Shown: in pieces, positions 8,777 to 17,436 of the stretch | Numbering within the stretch: position 1 is the first letter of the stretch | How the letters are laid out: the number at the start of each line of letters is the position of its first letter | IMG/VR virus record: IMGVR_UViG_2880412407_000002 | Source of the DNA: a virus | Taxonomy: Duplodnaviria; Heunggongvirae; Uroviricota; Caudoviricetes | DNA length: 64,000 nucleotides | Strand: one strand, 5' to 3' | Translations under genes and position numbers: made by a program | Notes under the pieces: generated by a model | Databases searched by the model: none | Told to the model about the DNA's origin: nothing | Seen by the model: only the letters and a program-made list of their open reading frames with translations

Positions 8777-9069
8777 GGGTGAGAGTTTATATTGCCGGTC
8801 CAATGACGGGATATGAAAATTTCAACCGTGAGGCATTTCACAAGGTGGAAGAGGAACTGAAACGGGAAGGGCATACCGTCTTAAACCCGGCAGTACTTCC
8901 GGACGGGCTGACACAGCCGCACTACATGGATATTTGCATGGCAATGATTCGTTGTGTGGATGCGATTTACATGCTGAATGGCTGGCAGCGGTCAGCGGGC
9001 GCTAAGGCAGAGCTGGCACTGGCGGAGAAACTGGGGCATGCGGTGATTTATCAGGAGGTGGCTCAATGA
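8773..9069 (+). CDS. DUF4406-like protein (nucleoside 2-deoxyribosyltransferase-like fold)
   Basis: 98-aa ORF with RVYIAGPMTG motif typical of this family. Confidence 0.5.
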   Translation: MRVRVYIAGPMTGYENFNREAFHKVEEELKREGHTVLNPAVLPDGLTQPHYMDICMAMIRCVDAIYMLNGWQRSAGAKAELALAEKLGHAVIYQEVAQ

Positions 9070-9527
9070 GAGAGGTTAACTATGAGGCGCTTCGTGAGGC
9101 AGCACAAAACTATCAGTCGACGCTGGCGTGGTATCAGGCTACCCCGGACAGCCCAAATGCTGAACGGGATTGTGATGCGGCTCTTGCTGCGTTTAAGCGT
9201 CATATCCGTCATCGGGAAGCGGATATTATCGCTGGTTTGCTGGATGGACTGGAAGAAGCAAAATCACAACTCAACGAGCAGCGTGAGTATTACGAAGGCG
9301 TTATCTCTGATGGGAGCAAGCGTATTGCTGAACTGGATGCGCGGGAAGTTCAATTACCGACTCGCTACGACCTTCGATATGGACACCCGATAAATGCAGA
9401 TGAGCGACATGTCATGATACCTAAAGAAAATGGCAGTTGGCTTTACCTGATTGACCTAGAACACGCATTACGCGTCGCTGGCATTCGCATCAAAGGAGAG
9501 GAGCATGGAAATAAAACCAGAGGATGA
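9066..9527 (+). CDS. Hypothetical protein
   Basis: 153-aa ORF in a tightly packed operon with overlapping start and stop. Confidence 0.45.
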   Translation: MREVNYEALREAAQNYQSTLAWYQATPDSPNAERDCDAALAAFKRHIRHREADIIAGLLDGLEEAKSQLNEQREYYEGVISDGSKRIAELDAREVQLPTRYDLRYGHPINADERHVMIPKENGSWLYLIDLEHALRVAGIRIKGEEHGNKTRG

Positions 9528-9861
9528 GTTAAGCAATATCGTTTTATTTCCGGTAAAAGAGGATGACCCTCGTAATCAGGTTAATTTTCTTTATGAGCCA
9601 TCGGAAAGACCATATTGTCATCACGCCTCTGTCCGGGTTGACGAAAAAGAGCGTCAGGTCCGCTGTAAAATCTGCGGTGCAGTTGTGGAGCCATTTGACT
9701 GGATGCTCTCTGTGGCGAAAAGAGAAACTAGGCTGGCAGATGATGTAAAGCTATTGCGCCAGGAGGAACAGGAAAGGCGGAAAAATATAGAAAAGTTAAT
9801 TCAGATTGAGCGTAACGCGAAAGCGCGGATACGCAGGGTGACAAAATCCAGAACTGAATAA
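9505..9861 (+). CDS. Hypothetical protein with CHH...CxxC zinc-ribbon-like motif
   Basis: 118-aa ORF, ATG at 9505. Confidence 0.4.
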   Translation: MEIKPEDELSNIVLFPVKEDDPRNQVNFLYEPSERPYCHHASVRVDEKERQVRCKICGAVVEPFDWMLSVAKRETRLADDVKLLRQEEQERRKNIEKLIQIERNAKARIRRVTKSRTE

Positions 9862-9911
9862 ATAAATTTAGCGCTGTAAATAAAATCTAATCCTTAACTG
9901 GAGGTATATTT

Positions 9912-10124
9912 ATGTTAAATACACAGAAAGCCATTAATGCGGAAAAATATAACGAGTGGGCAAGAAAATTCTCTGAGCAGATTTTTAAAATTACTGGCGA
10001 TGAGAATGCGGCAAAAAATGAATTAGAACCGTGGACGCCTGAAGGAGCCGACCCAAATTATTGCTGGAGGGAGGTTGATCCAGTTGATGCTGCAAATGAA
10101 GCTATGAGTTATCACAACGATTAA
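9912..10124 (+). CDS. Hypothetical small protein
   Basis: 70-aa ORF, ATG at 9912. Confidence 0.35.
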   Translation: MLNTQKAINAEKYNEWARKFSEQIFKITGDENAAKNELEPWTPEGADPNYCWREVDPVDAANEAMSYHND

Positions 10125-10375
10125 TGTCAGGAGGCCGCCCGAAAGGGCGGTAATGAATGGTCACATTATTTAGAAAAAATATCCGCGAAAGAGTAGAACA
10201 ACAGAATTTCTGTTTCTCATTCTGTTTATCGTGTTGATGATACCGATATCCCCGTTAATCCTAGTCTGGATAATCGGAAAAATAATTGAGCCAGTTATTG
10301 AATTGTATAACGACGTGGTATGGGCGTCATTCAACACACTGCACAATAAAATTAATCCGTATAAGGAAAACTGAT

Positions 10376-10639
10376 ATGGCAACTTTGACAAAAAAAGAAC
10401 GGGCATGGTTGAACGAATTACAGGAAGTTCTTGATCGCTGTCCATCACCGAAAAAAATTGGCTTTTACACCATTGGCGATAAAAGCATTTACCTGTATGA
10501 CCTACGCCGCATGGATGAAATCATGGAGGCTCTTGATAATCGTTCGTCGATGGATTGGTGTGTTGCTGTTCATGATATGAATGCAGGGTTTGATGAAAAG
10601 ATTTTGTTCCCCTCATCAGTTGAAAGCACTGCGGGTTAA
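10376..10639 (+). CDS. Hypothetical protein
   Basis: 87-aa ORF from ATG 10376. Confidence 0.4.
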   Translation: MATLTKKERAWLNELQEVLDRCPSPKKIGFYTIGDKSIYLYDLRRMDEIMEALDNRSSMDWCVAVHDMNAGFDEKILFPSSVESTAG

Positions 10640-10649
10640 GGAGTAACAC

Positions 10650-11519
10650 ATGACCACTATTACCAAAGAACGTATTGAATTGTTCATTAAAAATCCGCTT
10701 GAAAACGGGCTTACCCGTGGTGAACAAATGGAACTGGCACGGATTGCGCTGGCATCGCTGGAAGCAGAGCCGGTGGCAAAGATTATAGCTCATTACCCAT
10801 TAGGGGTTGACGTAGGCAAACAAAAATTTGTACAGGCCATTAGAGAGCTTCCTGACTTTGGCGGATATCTATTTGCCGCCCCTCCAGCGCCGATAGTGCC
10901 GGAAGAAATGTATTGGCAGGATGCGCCAGTTGAAGGCAGCAGCAAAGCGGCTGCATACGCTACAGGCTGGAACGATTGCCGCGAAGCCATGTTTCAGTCC
11001 GGAAACTTTCGGGAAAATAAAGATTCGTCAACCAATAATTTTCGGAAAATCCCGGAAGCGTCAACCAGCTCTCCGGTAACTCCGGCTCTTCTGCCTGGTG
11101 GTTTCACCATTGAGGAGGCGAAGGAATTACATGAAGACCTGGCACGCAGCCACATAAGCAAGGCCTTAAGTGGCGAAAAGATGAAAAAGAAAGATCGCGA
11201 TGCTGATTTGCGCTGGATTCATGGCGTTATAGTTCAGGCAGCGTGGTTTGTAAAAGCATCACTGGAGCAGAATGCACTATCGGGCAACTATCCGGTAACT
11301 CCGGATAGTTGGATAAGCTGTAGTGAGCGAATGCCGGATACCAAAACAGCCGTTCTTGTTGCCAGGGATTTTGGCAGGAAAGGTGACTGGCGAATGAAAT
11401 GGGCGACTTACATCCCGGGGCATCCTGACGCTAATGATGGGTGGATAATACCTGGTGCGTCGTGGATACCATCACACTGGATGCCTCTACCAGAACCGCC
11501 GCAGGAGGTGCGCCAATGA
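10650..11519 (+). CDS. Hypothetical protein with DUF551-like C-terminal region
   Basis: 289-aa ORF, RBS GGAG before the ATG. Confidence 0.45.
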   Translation: MTTITKERIELFIKNPLENGLTRGEQMELARIALASLEAEPVAKIIAHYPLGVDVGKQKFVQAIRELPDFGGYLFAAPPAPIVPEEMYWQDAPVEGSSKAAAYATGWNDCREAMFQSGNFRENKDSSTNNFRKIPEASTSSPVTPALLPGGFTIEEAKELHEDLARSHISKALSGEKMKKKDRDADLRWIHGVIVQAAWFVKASLEQNALSGNYPVTPDSWISCSERMPDTKTAVLVARDFGRKGDWRMKWATYIPGHPDANDGWIIPGASWIPSHWMPLPEPPQEVRQ

Positions 11520-11984
11520 ACTGGCCTGAAGCATTTGCAATTACAGGCGTTGCTATGGCTATCGCTTTTTTAGTATATGTTATTTGTCGGTGAGGGTAAA
11601 AACGTTCGCCGGGATTAACACCAAAGGAGGGAATATGTCGGATGATATATCACTGGCAATGGAAGGTGCGCTGGCTGTTGTTGCTGTTGTGGGCGTTTAC
11701 TGCCTGGTTGTGTTTTTGATGGATCGACTAGGGAACTGAATTCATTACGATATGGGAATTCCCATATCGGGTAAAAACGGTTTGCGGTAAAGCGAGAGTT
11801 AAGTAGAATTGCTGCGGGTGCTTGAGGCTGTCTGCCTCGGGCATGCCACCGTAAGGCAGACAGAGAAAAGCCCCAGTTAACATTACGCGTCCTGCAAGAC
11901 GCTTAACATTAATCTGAGGCCCAATCTATGCTTCACAAACGTAGGTTAGCCTCTTACGTGCCGAAAGGCAAGGAGAAGCAGGCT

Positions 11985-12140
11985 ATGAAGCAGCAAAAGG
12001 CGATGTTAATCGCCCTGATCGTCATCTGTTTAACCGTCATAGTGACGGCACTGGTAACGAGGAAAGACCTCTGCGAGGTACGAGTCCGAACCGGCCAGAC
12101 GGAGGTCGCTGTCTTCACAGCTTACGAACCTGAGGAGTAA
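11985..12140 (+). CDS. hok: Hok-family type I toxin; mok-like in-frame upstream extension from 11928
   Basis: 51 aa MKQQKAMLIALIVICLTVIVTALVTRKDLCEVRVRTGQTEVAVFTAYEPEE; structured leader upstream. Confidence 0.75.
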   Translation: MKQQKAMLIALIVICLTVIVTALVTRKDLCEVRVRTGQTEVAVFTAYEPEE

Positions 12141-12208
12141 GAGACCCGGCGGGGGAGAAATCCCTCGCCACCTCTGATGAATCAGGCATCCTCAACGCAC
12201 CCGCACTT

Positions 12209-12235
12209 AACCCGCTTCGGCGGGTTTTGTTTTTT
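12209..12235 (+). terminator. Rho-independent terminator after hok
   Basis: CCCGC-TTCG-GCGGG hairpin followed by a T-run. Confidence 0.5.
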
Positions 12236-12307
12236 CCTGGCATTCTGGTTTACAATTCGCACGCCAGCCTGAACAACTGGCACCTGCTGCGCCAGCAGAG
12301 ACAACCG

Positions 12308-12586
12308 ATGGCGCACGATACCAAATTATACAATTCTGATGATTCTGCCGTCTTTGCCAGCAGGCGCGGACGGTGTTTTCACGCATTCAAATCTGACTGG
12401 TACCAGCATCCCCCATGCACTGAAGAACAGGCCGAATGGCTCATTCAGTGTTACCGCAGGCGCGGATGCGAGGTTAAAAAAGCCCTTAGCCTCGACTACC
12501 GTCACTGGATAATCTCCGTCAGGCTCCCTTACTCCGAACGGCCACCGCGTCCGTCCCGCACATTCCAGCAACGGATCTGGAGGTAA
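12308..12586 (+). CDS. Small protein conserved in both prophages (between hok and DUF968)
   Basis: 92-aa ORF MAHDTKLYNSDDSAVF...; identical gene at 59663-59941. Confidence 0.45.
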   Translation: MAHDTKLYNSDDSAVFASRRGRCFHAFKSDWYQHPPCTEEQAEWLIQCYRRRGCEVKKALSLDYRHWIISVRLPYSERPPRPSRTFQQRIWR

Positions 12587-12587
12587 T

Positions 12588-13637
12588 GTGCGGGTATTAC
12601 TTCGACCTGTTCTGGTACCGGAACTCGGTCTGGTTATCGTTAAGCCAGGCCGTGAATCCATGCGGGTATTTCATGGCGGCAGGGTGCTGGTGGAGTCTGA
12701 ACCGAAAAGCATGCGTAATCTGCCGTCCGGGGTCGTTCCTGCCGTTCGCCAGCCGCTGGCGGAAGATAAATCATTACTGCCATTTTTCAGCAATGAGCGT
12801 GTGATTCGTGCTGCTGGTGGCGCTGGTGCACTGTCTGACTGGTTATTACGTCACGTTAAATCCTGCCAGTGGCCTCATGGTGATTATCATCACAGCGAAA
12901 CTGTCATACATCGTTACGGTACCGGCGCGATGGTGTTGTGCTGGCACTGCGACAACCAGCTGCGCGACCAGACATCCGAATCACTTGAGCAACTTGCTCA
13001 ACAAAACCTGTCAGCATGGATGATTGACGTCATCCGCCACGCAATGAATGGCATACAGGAACGGGAATTATCGCTGGCTGAATTATCCTGGTGGGCAGTC
13101 TGCAATCAGGTGGTGGACGCATTACCTGAGGCAGTATCGCGTCGTTCTCTGGGATTACCGGCGGAAAAAATCCGCTCCGTATACCGTGAAAGCGACATCA
13201 TACCGGGAGAACAGACCGCCACCAGCATACTGAAGCAGCGCACAAAAAATATTGCGCTACCGCCTCACACCCACCAGCAACAGAACCCACCACAGGAAAA
13301 GACGGTGGTCAGCATTGCCGTTGATCCGGAGTCTCCGGAATCCTTCATGAAACGACCTAAACGTCGCCGCTGGGTAAATGAGAAATACACACGCTGGGTA
13401 AAGACACAGCCGTGTGCGTGTTGTGGTAAGCCAGCGGACGATCCTCATCATCTGATTGGTCATGGTCAGGGTGGAATGGGAACAAAATCCCACGATATTT
13501 TCACGCTACCGCTGTGTCGGGAGCATCACAACGAGCTTCATGCGGATCCGCTGGCGTTCGAAGAAAAGCATGGTTCTCAGGTTGATTTAATTTTTCGTTT
13601 TCTTGATCACGCCTTTGCAACTGGCGTGCTTGGGTAA
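12588..13637 (+). CDS. DUF968-type protein (YdfU-like) with C-terminal CxxC...HH motif
   Basis: 349-aa intact ORF; prophage 2 copy is split by a 1-nt change. Confidence 0.6.
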   Translation: MRVLLRPVLVPELGLVIVKPGRESMRVFHGGRVLVESEPKSMRNLPSGVVPAVRQPLAEDKSLLPFFSNERVIRAAGGAGALSDWLLRHVKSCQWPHGDYHHSETVIHRYGTGAMVLCWHCDNQLRDQTSESLEQLAQQNLSAWMIDVIRHAMNGIQERELSLAELSWWAVCNQVVDALPEAVSRRSLGLPAEKIRSVYRESDIIPGEQTATSILKQRTKNIALPPHTHQQQNPPQEKTVVSIAVDPESPESFMKRPKRRRWVNEKYTRWVKTQPCACCGKPADDPHHLIGHGQGGMGTKSHDIFTLPLCREHHNELHADPLAFEEKHGSQVDLIFRFLDHAFATGVLG

Positions 13638-13649
13638 AAGAGGTGACTG

Positions 13650-14009
13650 ATGCTCATAGATTTGGTTTTACCTTACCCGCCGACGGTGAACACTTACTGG
13701 CGACGCCGTGGCAGCACATATTTTATCTCGGAGGAGGGAAAGCGTTATCGCCGGGCTGTGGCGCTTATTGTTCGCCAGCAGCGGCTGAAATTAAGCCTGT
13801 CCGGAAGGCTGGCGATAAAGGTGATTGCAGAGCCACCGGATAAGCGCCGCCGTGACCTGGACAACATTCTGAAAGCACCGCTGGATGCGCTGACGCATGC
13901 GGAAGTGCTCATTGATGACGAGCAGTTTGATGAAATCAATATTGTGCGCGGTCAGCCAGTATCTGGTGGACGGCTGGGTGTGAAGATTTACAAAATTGAG
14001 AGTGAGTGA
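13650..14009 (+). CDS. rusA: Holliday junction resolvase RusA
   Basis: 119-aa ORF with the RusA-family signature ([15 protein letters not shown]...RRDLDN). Confidence 0.8.
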   Translation: MLIDLVLPYPPTVNTYWRRRGSTYFISEEGKRYRRAVALIVRQQRLKLSLSGRLAIKVIAEPPDKRRRDLDNILKAPLDALTHAEVLIDDEQFDEINIVRGQPVSGGRLGVKIYKIESE

Positions 14010-14548
14010 GCGTAAATATGATATATCCGGAAATTACAGGCAAAAGCGGCGAACATTTACGCCTGAACACGCTGGAAGCAGTCTGGATCCAGGGGAAATT
14101 ACGGATGTGGGGGCGGTGGTCGTATATCGGTGGGGGTAAATCCGGAAATATGTTTAACCGGTTACTGGTTTCGAAAAAGCTGACGAAAACAGCAGTTAAT
14201 GAGGTTTTACGCAGCATGAAGAAATCCGGGCTGGAAAAACCGGAACTTGAGGCATTTTTTCGGGATATGACCAGAGGGAAGCAGAAGAGCTGGTTGTCAC
14301 ATTGTACAGACACAGAGGCGTTGATTATTGATCGCGTTATCAGTGAGGTGCTTGGGGAATATCCCGGGCTAATCAATATTCTCCGGCAAAGGTACGAAGG
14401 ACGGGGAATGAGTAAGAGAAAAATGGCAGAATGTTTAAATCGTACTCACCCGGAATGGTGTTTCAGCACATGTGAGAAACGTATTGCAGGTTGGTTAGCC
14501 GTGGCTGAACACATGCTTTATGTACCTATGCACGATTCATTTCGATAA
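14006..14548 (+). CDS. Putative late antiterminator (Q-like by position); true start may be ATG 14018
   Basis: 180-aa ORF between rusA and a terminator hairpin, upstream of the late genes. Confidence 0.4.
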   Translation: MSVNMIYPEITGKSGEHLRLNTLEAVWIQGKLRMWGRWSYIGGGKSGNMFNRLLVSKKLTKTAVNEVLRSMKKSGLEKPELEAFFRDMTRGKQKSWLSHCTDTEALIIDRVISEVLGEYPGLINILRQRYEGRGMSKRKMAECLNRTHPEWCFSTCEKRIAGWLAVAEHMLYVPMHDSFR

Positions 14549-14644
14549 AAAAAGCTTGCTTTTTTACGCAGAAACAGCTTGAATTCCTGTAAGCTTCGCA
14601 AAGCTGTATCGCGAGGCGAAATGCAAGTTTTTTCGCACAAGGAA

Positions 14645-14667
14645 GCCACCGGAAGGTGGTTTTTTTG
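14645..14667 (+). terminator. tR'-like terminator downstream of the Q-like gene
   Basis: GCCACC-GGAA-GGTGG hairpin followed by TTTTTTT. Confidence 0.45.
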
Positions 14668-14789
14668 TGTCCGTAATATACAGCAGCGCAATAAATTCGC
14701 TGGTGGTTATTAATACCGTTCTTTCAGCTTGCTGGCTTTTTCGACAAGAGTTATTGGTGTGTCACGTTAACCGAAAAAGGGAAAAAGAC

Positions 14790-14987
14790 ATGCTGAAACA
14801 GCAGGATATGACAGAAACCGCCAGAGTGGTGTTTAATGAATTAAGCGTCACCGAACCGGCGACAGTCGGGGAGATTGCGCAGAATACTTACCTTTCACGC
14901 GAACGCTGCCAGTTAATACTGACCCAGCTGGTTATGGCGGGTCTGGCAGATTATCAGTTCGGTTGTTACAGACGCCTTCCGCAGTGA
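14790..14987 (+). CDS. Small late-region protein
   Basis: 65-aa ORF; near-identical gene at 62993-63190. Confidence 0.4.
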   Translation: MLKQQDMTETARVVFNELSVTEPATVGEIAQNTYLSRERCQLILTQLVMAGLADYQFGCYRRLPQ

Positions 14988-15138
14988 AGGCTTTTTTATT
15001 TGTGGTAAATGGGCGGCTGGTGGGTGTTAGGGGCACTCACCAGCCATCTGCTCATGCGTTGGGGTCACAAGCAAACCTCAGGCCCATCTGCTTTGCGCAA
15101 AAGCGGTATGAGCCTATCAGAGAAGTGCTTATTGATCT

Positions 15139-16215
15139 ATGGCTAATACTGTAAAAATATCCAGTTGTGAGTTAATCAACGCCGACTGCCTGGAATTTAT
15201 CCGGTCATTACCCGAAAATTCTGTTGACCTGATAGTCACGGACCCGCCGTACTTTAAAGTGAAGCCTGAGGGCTGGGATAACCAGTGGAAGGGCGACGAT
15301 GATTACCTGAAGTGGCTGGACCAGTGTCTGGCGCAGTTCTGGCGGGTGCTGAAACCTGCCGGAAGTCTTTACCTGTTCTGTGGTCATCGCCTGGCATCTG
15401 ATATCGAAATCATGATGCGTGAACGCTTCAATGTGCTGAACCATATTATCTGGGCGAAGCCGTCCGGACGCTGGAACGGGTGCAACAAGGAAAGCCTGCG
15501 GGCGTATTTTCCGGCCACAGAACGCATTCTGTTCGCGGAACATTATCAGGGGCCGTATCGTCCGAAAGATGATGGCGATGAGGCGAAGGGCAGGGCACTG
15601 AAACAGCATGTGATGGCCCCGCTGATTTCTTACTTTCGTGATGCGCGTGCTGCTCTTGGGATAACGGCAAAACAGATTGCAGATGCCACAGGAAAGAAAA
15701 ACATGGTGTCGCACTGGTTCAGTGCCAGTCAGTGGCAGCTACCGAACGAAAGCGATTATCTGAAATTACAGTCGCTGTTTGCCCGGGTGGCAGAAGAGAA
15801 ACATCAGCGGGGAGAACTGGAAAAGTCCCATTACCAACTGGTCAGCACATACAGTGAGCTGAACCGGCAGTATATGGAACTGCTGAGTGAATATAAAAAT
15901 TTGCGGCGGTATTTCGGTGTGACGGTGCAGGTGCCGTACACCGATGTGTGGACGCATAAACCGGTGCAGTACTATCCAGGGAAACATCCGTGCGAAAAAC
16001 CGGCAGAAATGCTGCGGCAGATAATCTGCGCGAGCAGTCGTCCGGGTGACCTGGTGGCGGATTTTTTCATGGGTTCTGGCTCAACCATAAAAGCAGCTAT
16101 GGCGCTCGGGCGTCGTGCAACTGGTGTTGAACTGGAGGCAGAACGTTTTGCGCAGACCGTTAAGGAGATTAGTCACATCCTTACATGCTCAATTGATGAC
16201 TGGAAGGATGGATAA
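15139..16215 (+). CDS. Orphan DNA methyltransferase (N6-adenine or N4-cytosine, DPPY class)
   Basis: 358 aa with DPPY motif (LIVTDPPYF) and FxGSGST AdoMet-binding motif; no adjacent restriction gene. Confidence 0.8.
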   Translation: MANTVKISSCELINADCLEFIRSLPENSVDLIVTDPPYFKVKPEGWDNQWKGDDDYLKWLDQCLAQFWRVLKPAGSLYLFCGHRLASDIEIMMRERFNVLNHIIWAKPSGRWNGCNKESLRAYFPATERILFAEHYQGPYRPKDDGDEAKGRALKQHVMAPLISYFRDARAALGITAKQIADATGKKNMVSHWFSASQWQLPNESDYLKLQSLFARVAEEKHQRGELEKSHYQLVSTYSELNRQYMELLSEYKNLRRYFGVTVQVPYTDVWTHKPVQYYPGKHPCEKPAEMLRQIICASSRPGDLVADFFMGSGSTIKAAMALGRRATGVELEAERFAQTVKEISHILTCSIDDWKDG

Positions 16216-16326
16216 AGATATGGTCAGTTCAGGCTGTGAAGCAAGTAGACAGATAAGGCTGCAATAAAAACTGACAATAGTAAAATAGCTTTTTCCCAGG
16301 TAGTCATGAATACGATCTCTTAAAGC

Positions 16327-16346
16327 GCCCGCTGATACCAGCGGGC
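16327..16346 (+). other. Stable hairpin GCCCGCTG-ATAC-CAGCGGGC
   Basis: Perfect 8-bp inverted repeat directly downstream of the methyltransferase gene. Confidence 0.35.
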
Positions 16347-17436
16347 AATACATACTGGCATTAATGTTAAGTTCAGGGATAATTCATCGTATTTTGTGGT
16401 ACGACGCTATCAATATTAATAAACAGTATTTTTCATGTAAAATTTCTGTTTTTTTTGATCTGATTCTCGTTTCCTGGGTTATGATGTTGTTGTGAACCAT
16501 GCTGTTGAATGATAATGTTCGGGTATAAAATTGTTGCTGATATGTAGCGCAGTGAGCGGGTGGTATTTCTGTTGCTGAGTGTACGGATACAGTGCTTCCC
16601 TCCCTCAGCGGGGGGGCAGGTGTGCTGTGGTTTTAGAGACACCGGAAACGAGAATGATGCGGGTTTGCTGGTGCCGGGATAGAGTCGCCGGAGGTCATGA
16701 CATAGAGCAAAAAAGGAATGTGCATGCAAATACACACCTCTTCGGAGAGCTCTTCTTTATATGGATGAGCCTCAAGGTCAATAGTTTATCTGTTATGTAT
16801 TCATATGTTGTTACTTATATAATCCATACGGGCATATCATCAGTACACACATACTATTATGGCATTTTATTTTTGTTTTAACTGAATTCCCGGGGCACTC
16901 TTTTTGATTTCTGATAAGGAACCAGAATTTTCTGTTAAATGGTGTCACGTTGTAAATGGTTAATGGAAGCAGCTTATTATCCATAATCACACCTGAGTTA
17001 ACAGGTGTGAGAATACTTCCGGGTGGCAGGAACACATCTGACTGATACCAGATTATCAACTTTATTTTACACCATACAGTTGAAAACGTTATTCCGCTTG
17101 ATGGGCATATCACTGTGTCAATAACTATCCATTCCATCTTTTAACCTTCTCGGTACACATTGCTTTCGATTGTTTTGCTAAAAATCATAGTCAATAAATC
17201 AGTGTAACTCATTGATAAAGATCGTTTTCTTTGTCTTCCTGGGGGTTTCTTTTCTAATTTTGTATCACTTTGGTTCAAGTTGTTTCATTTTTTGTAATAC
17301 AAATTAGCAGGATGAGCGGGAATATAAAAAAATCGGATGTTTTTGTAATGGATATTATTTTTTGTAAAATAATGTATTTTTATTTAAATCTCTATCAGAA
17401 AAGAATTTATTGTTCCTTTATATGGTGGAAAAGGTC

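Noticed and set aside
16216-17436. Searched for Shiga toxin genes downstream of Q, next to nanS-p
   Set aside because: No ORFs of stxA or stxB size or character are present; only short overlapping ORFs in AT-rich DNA.
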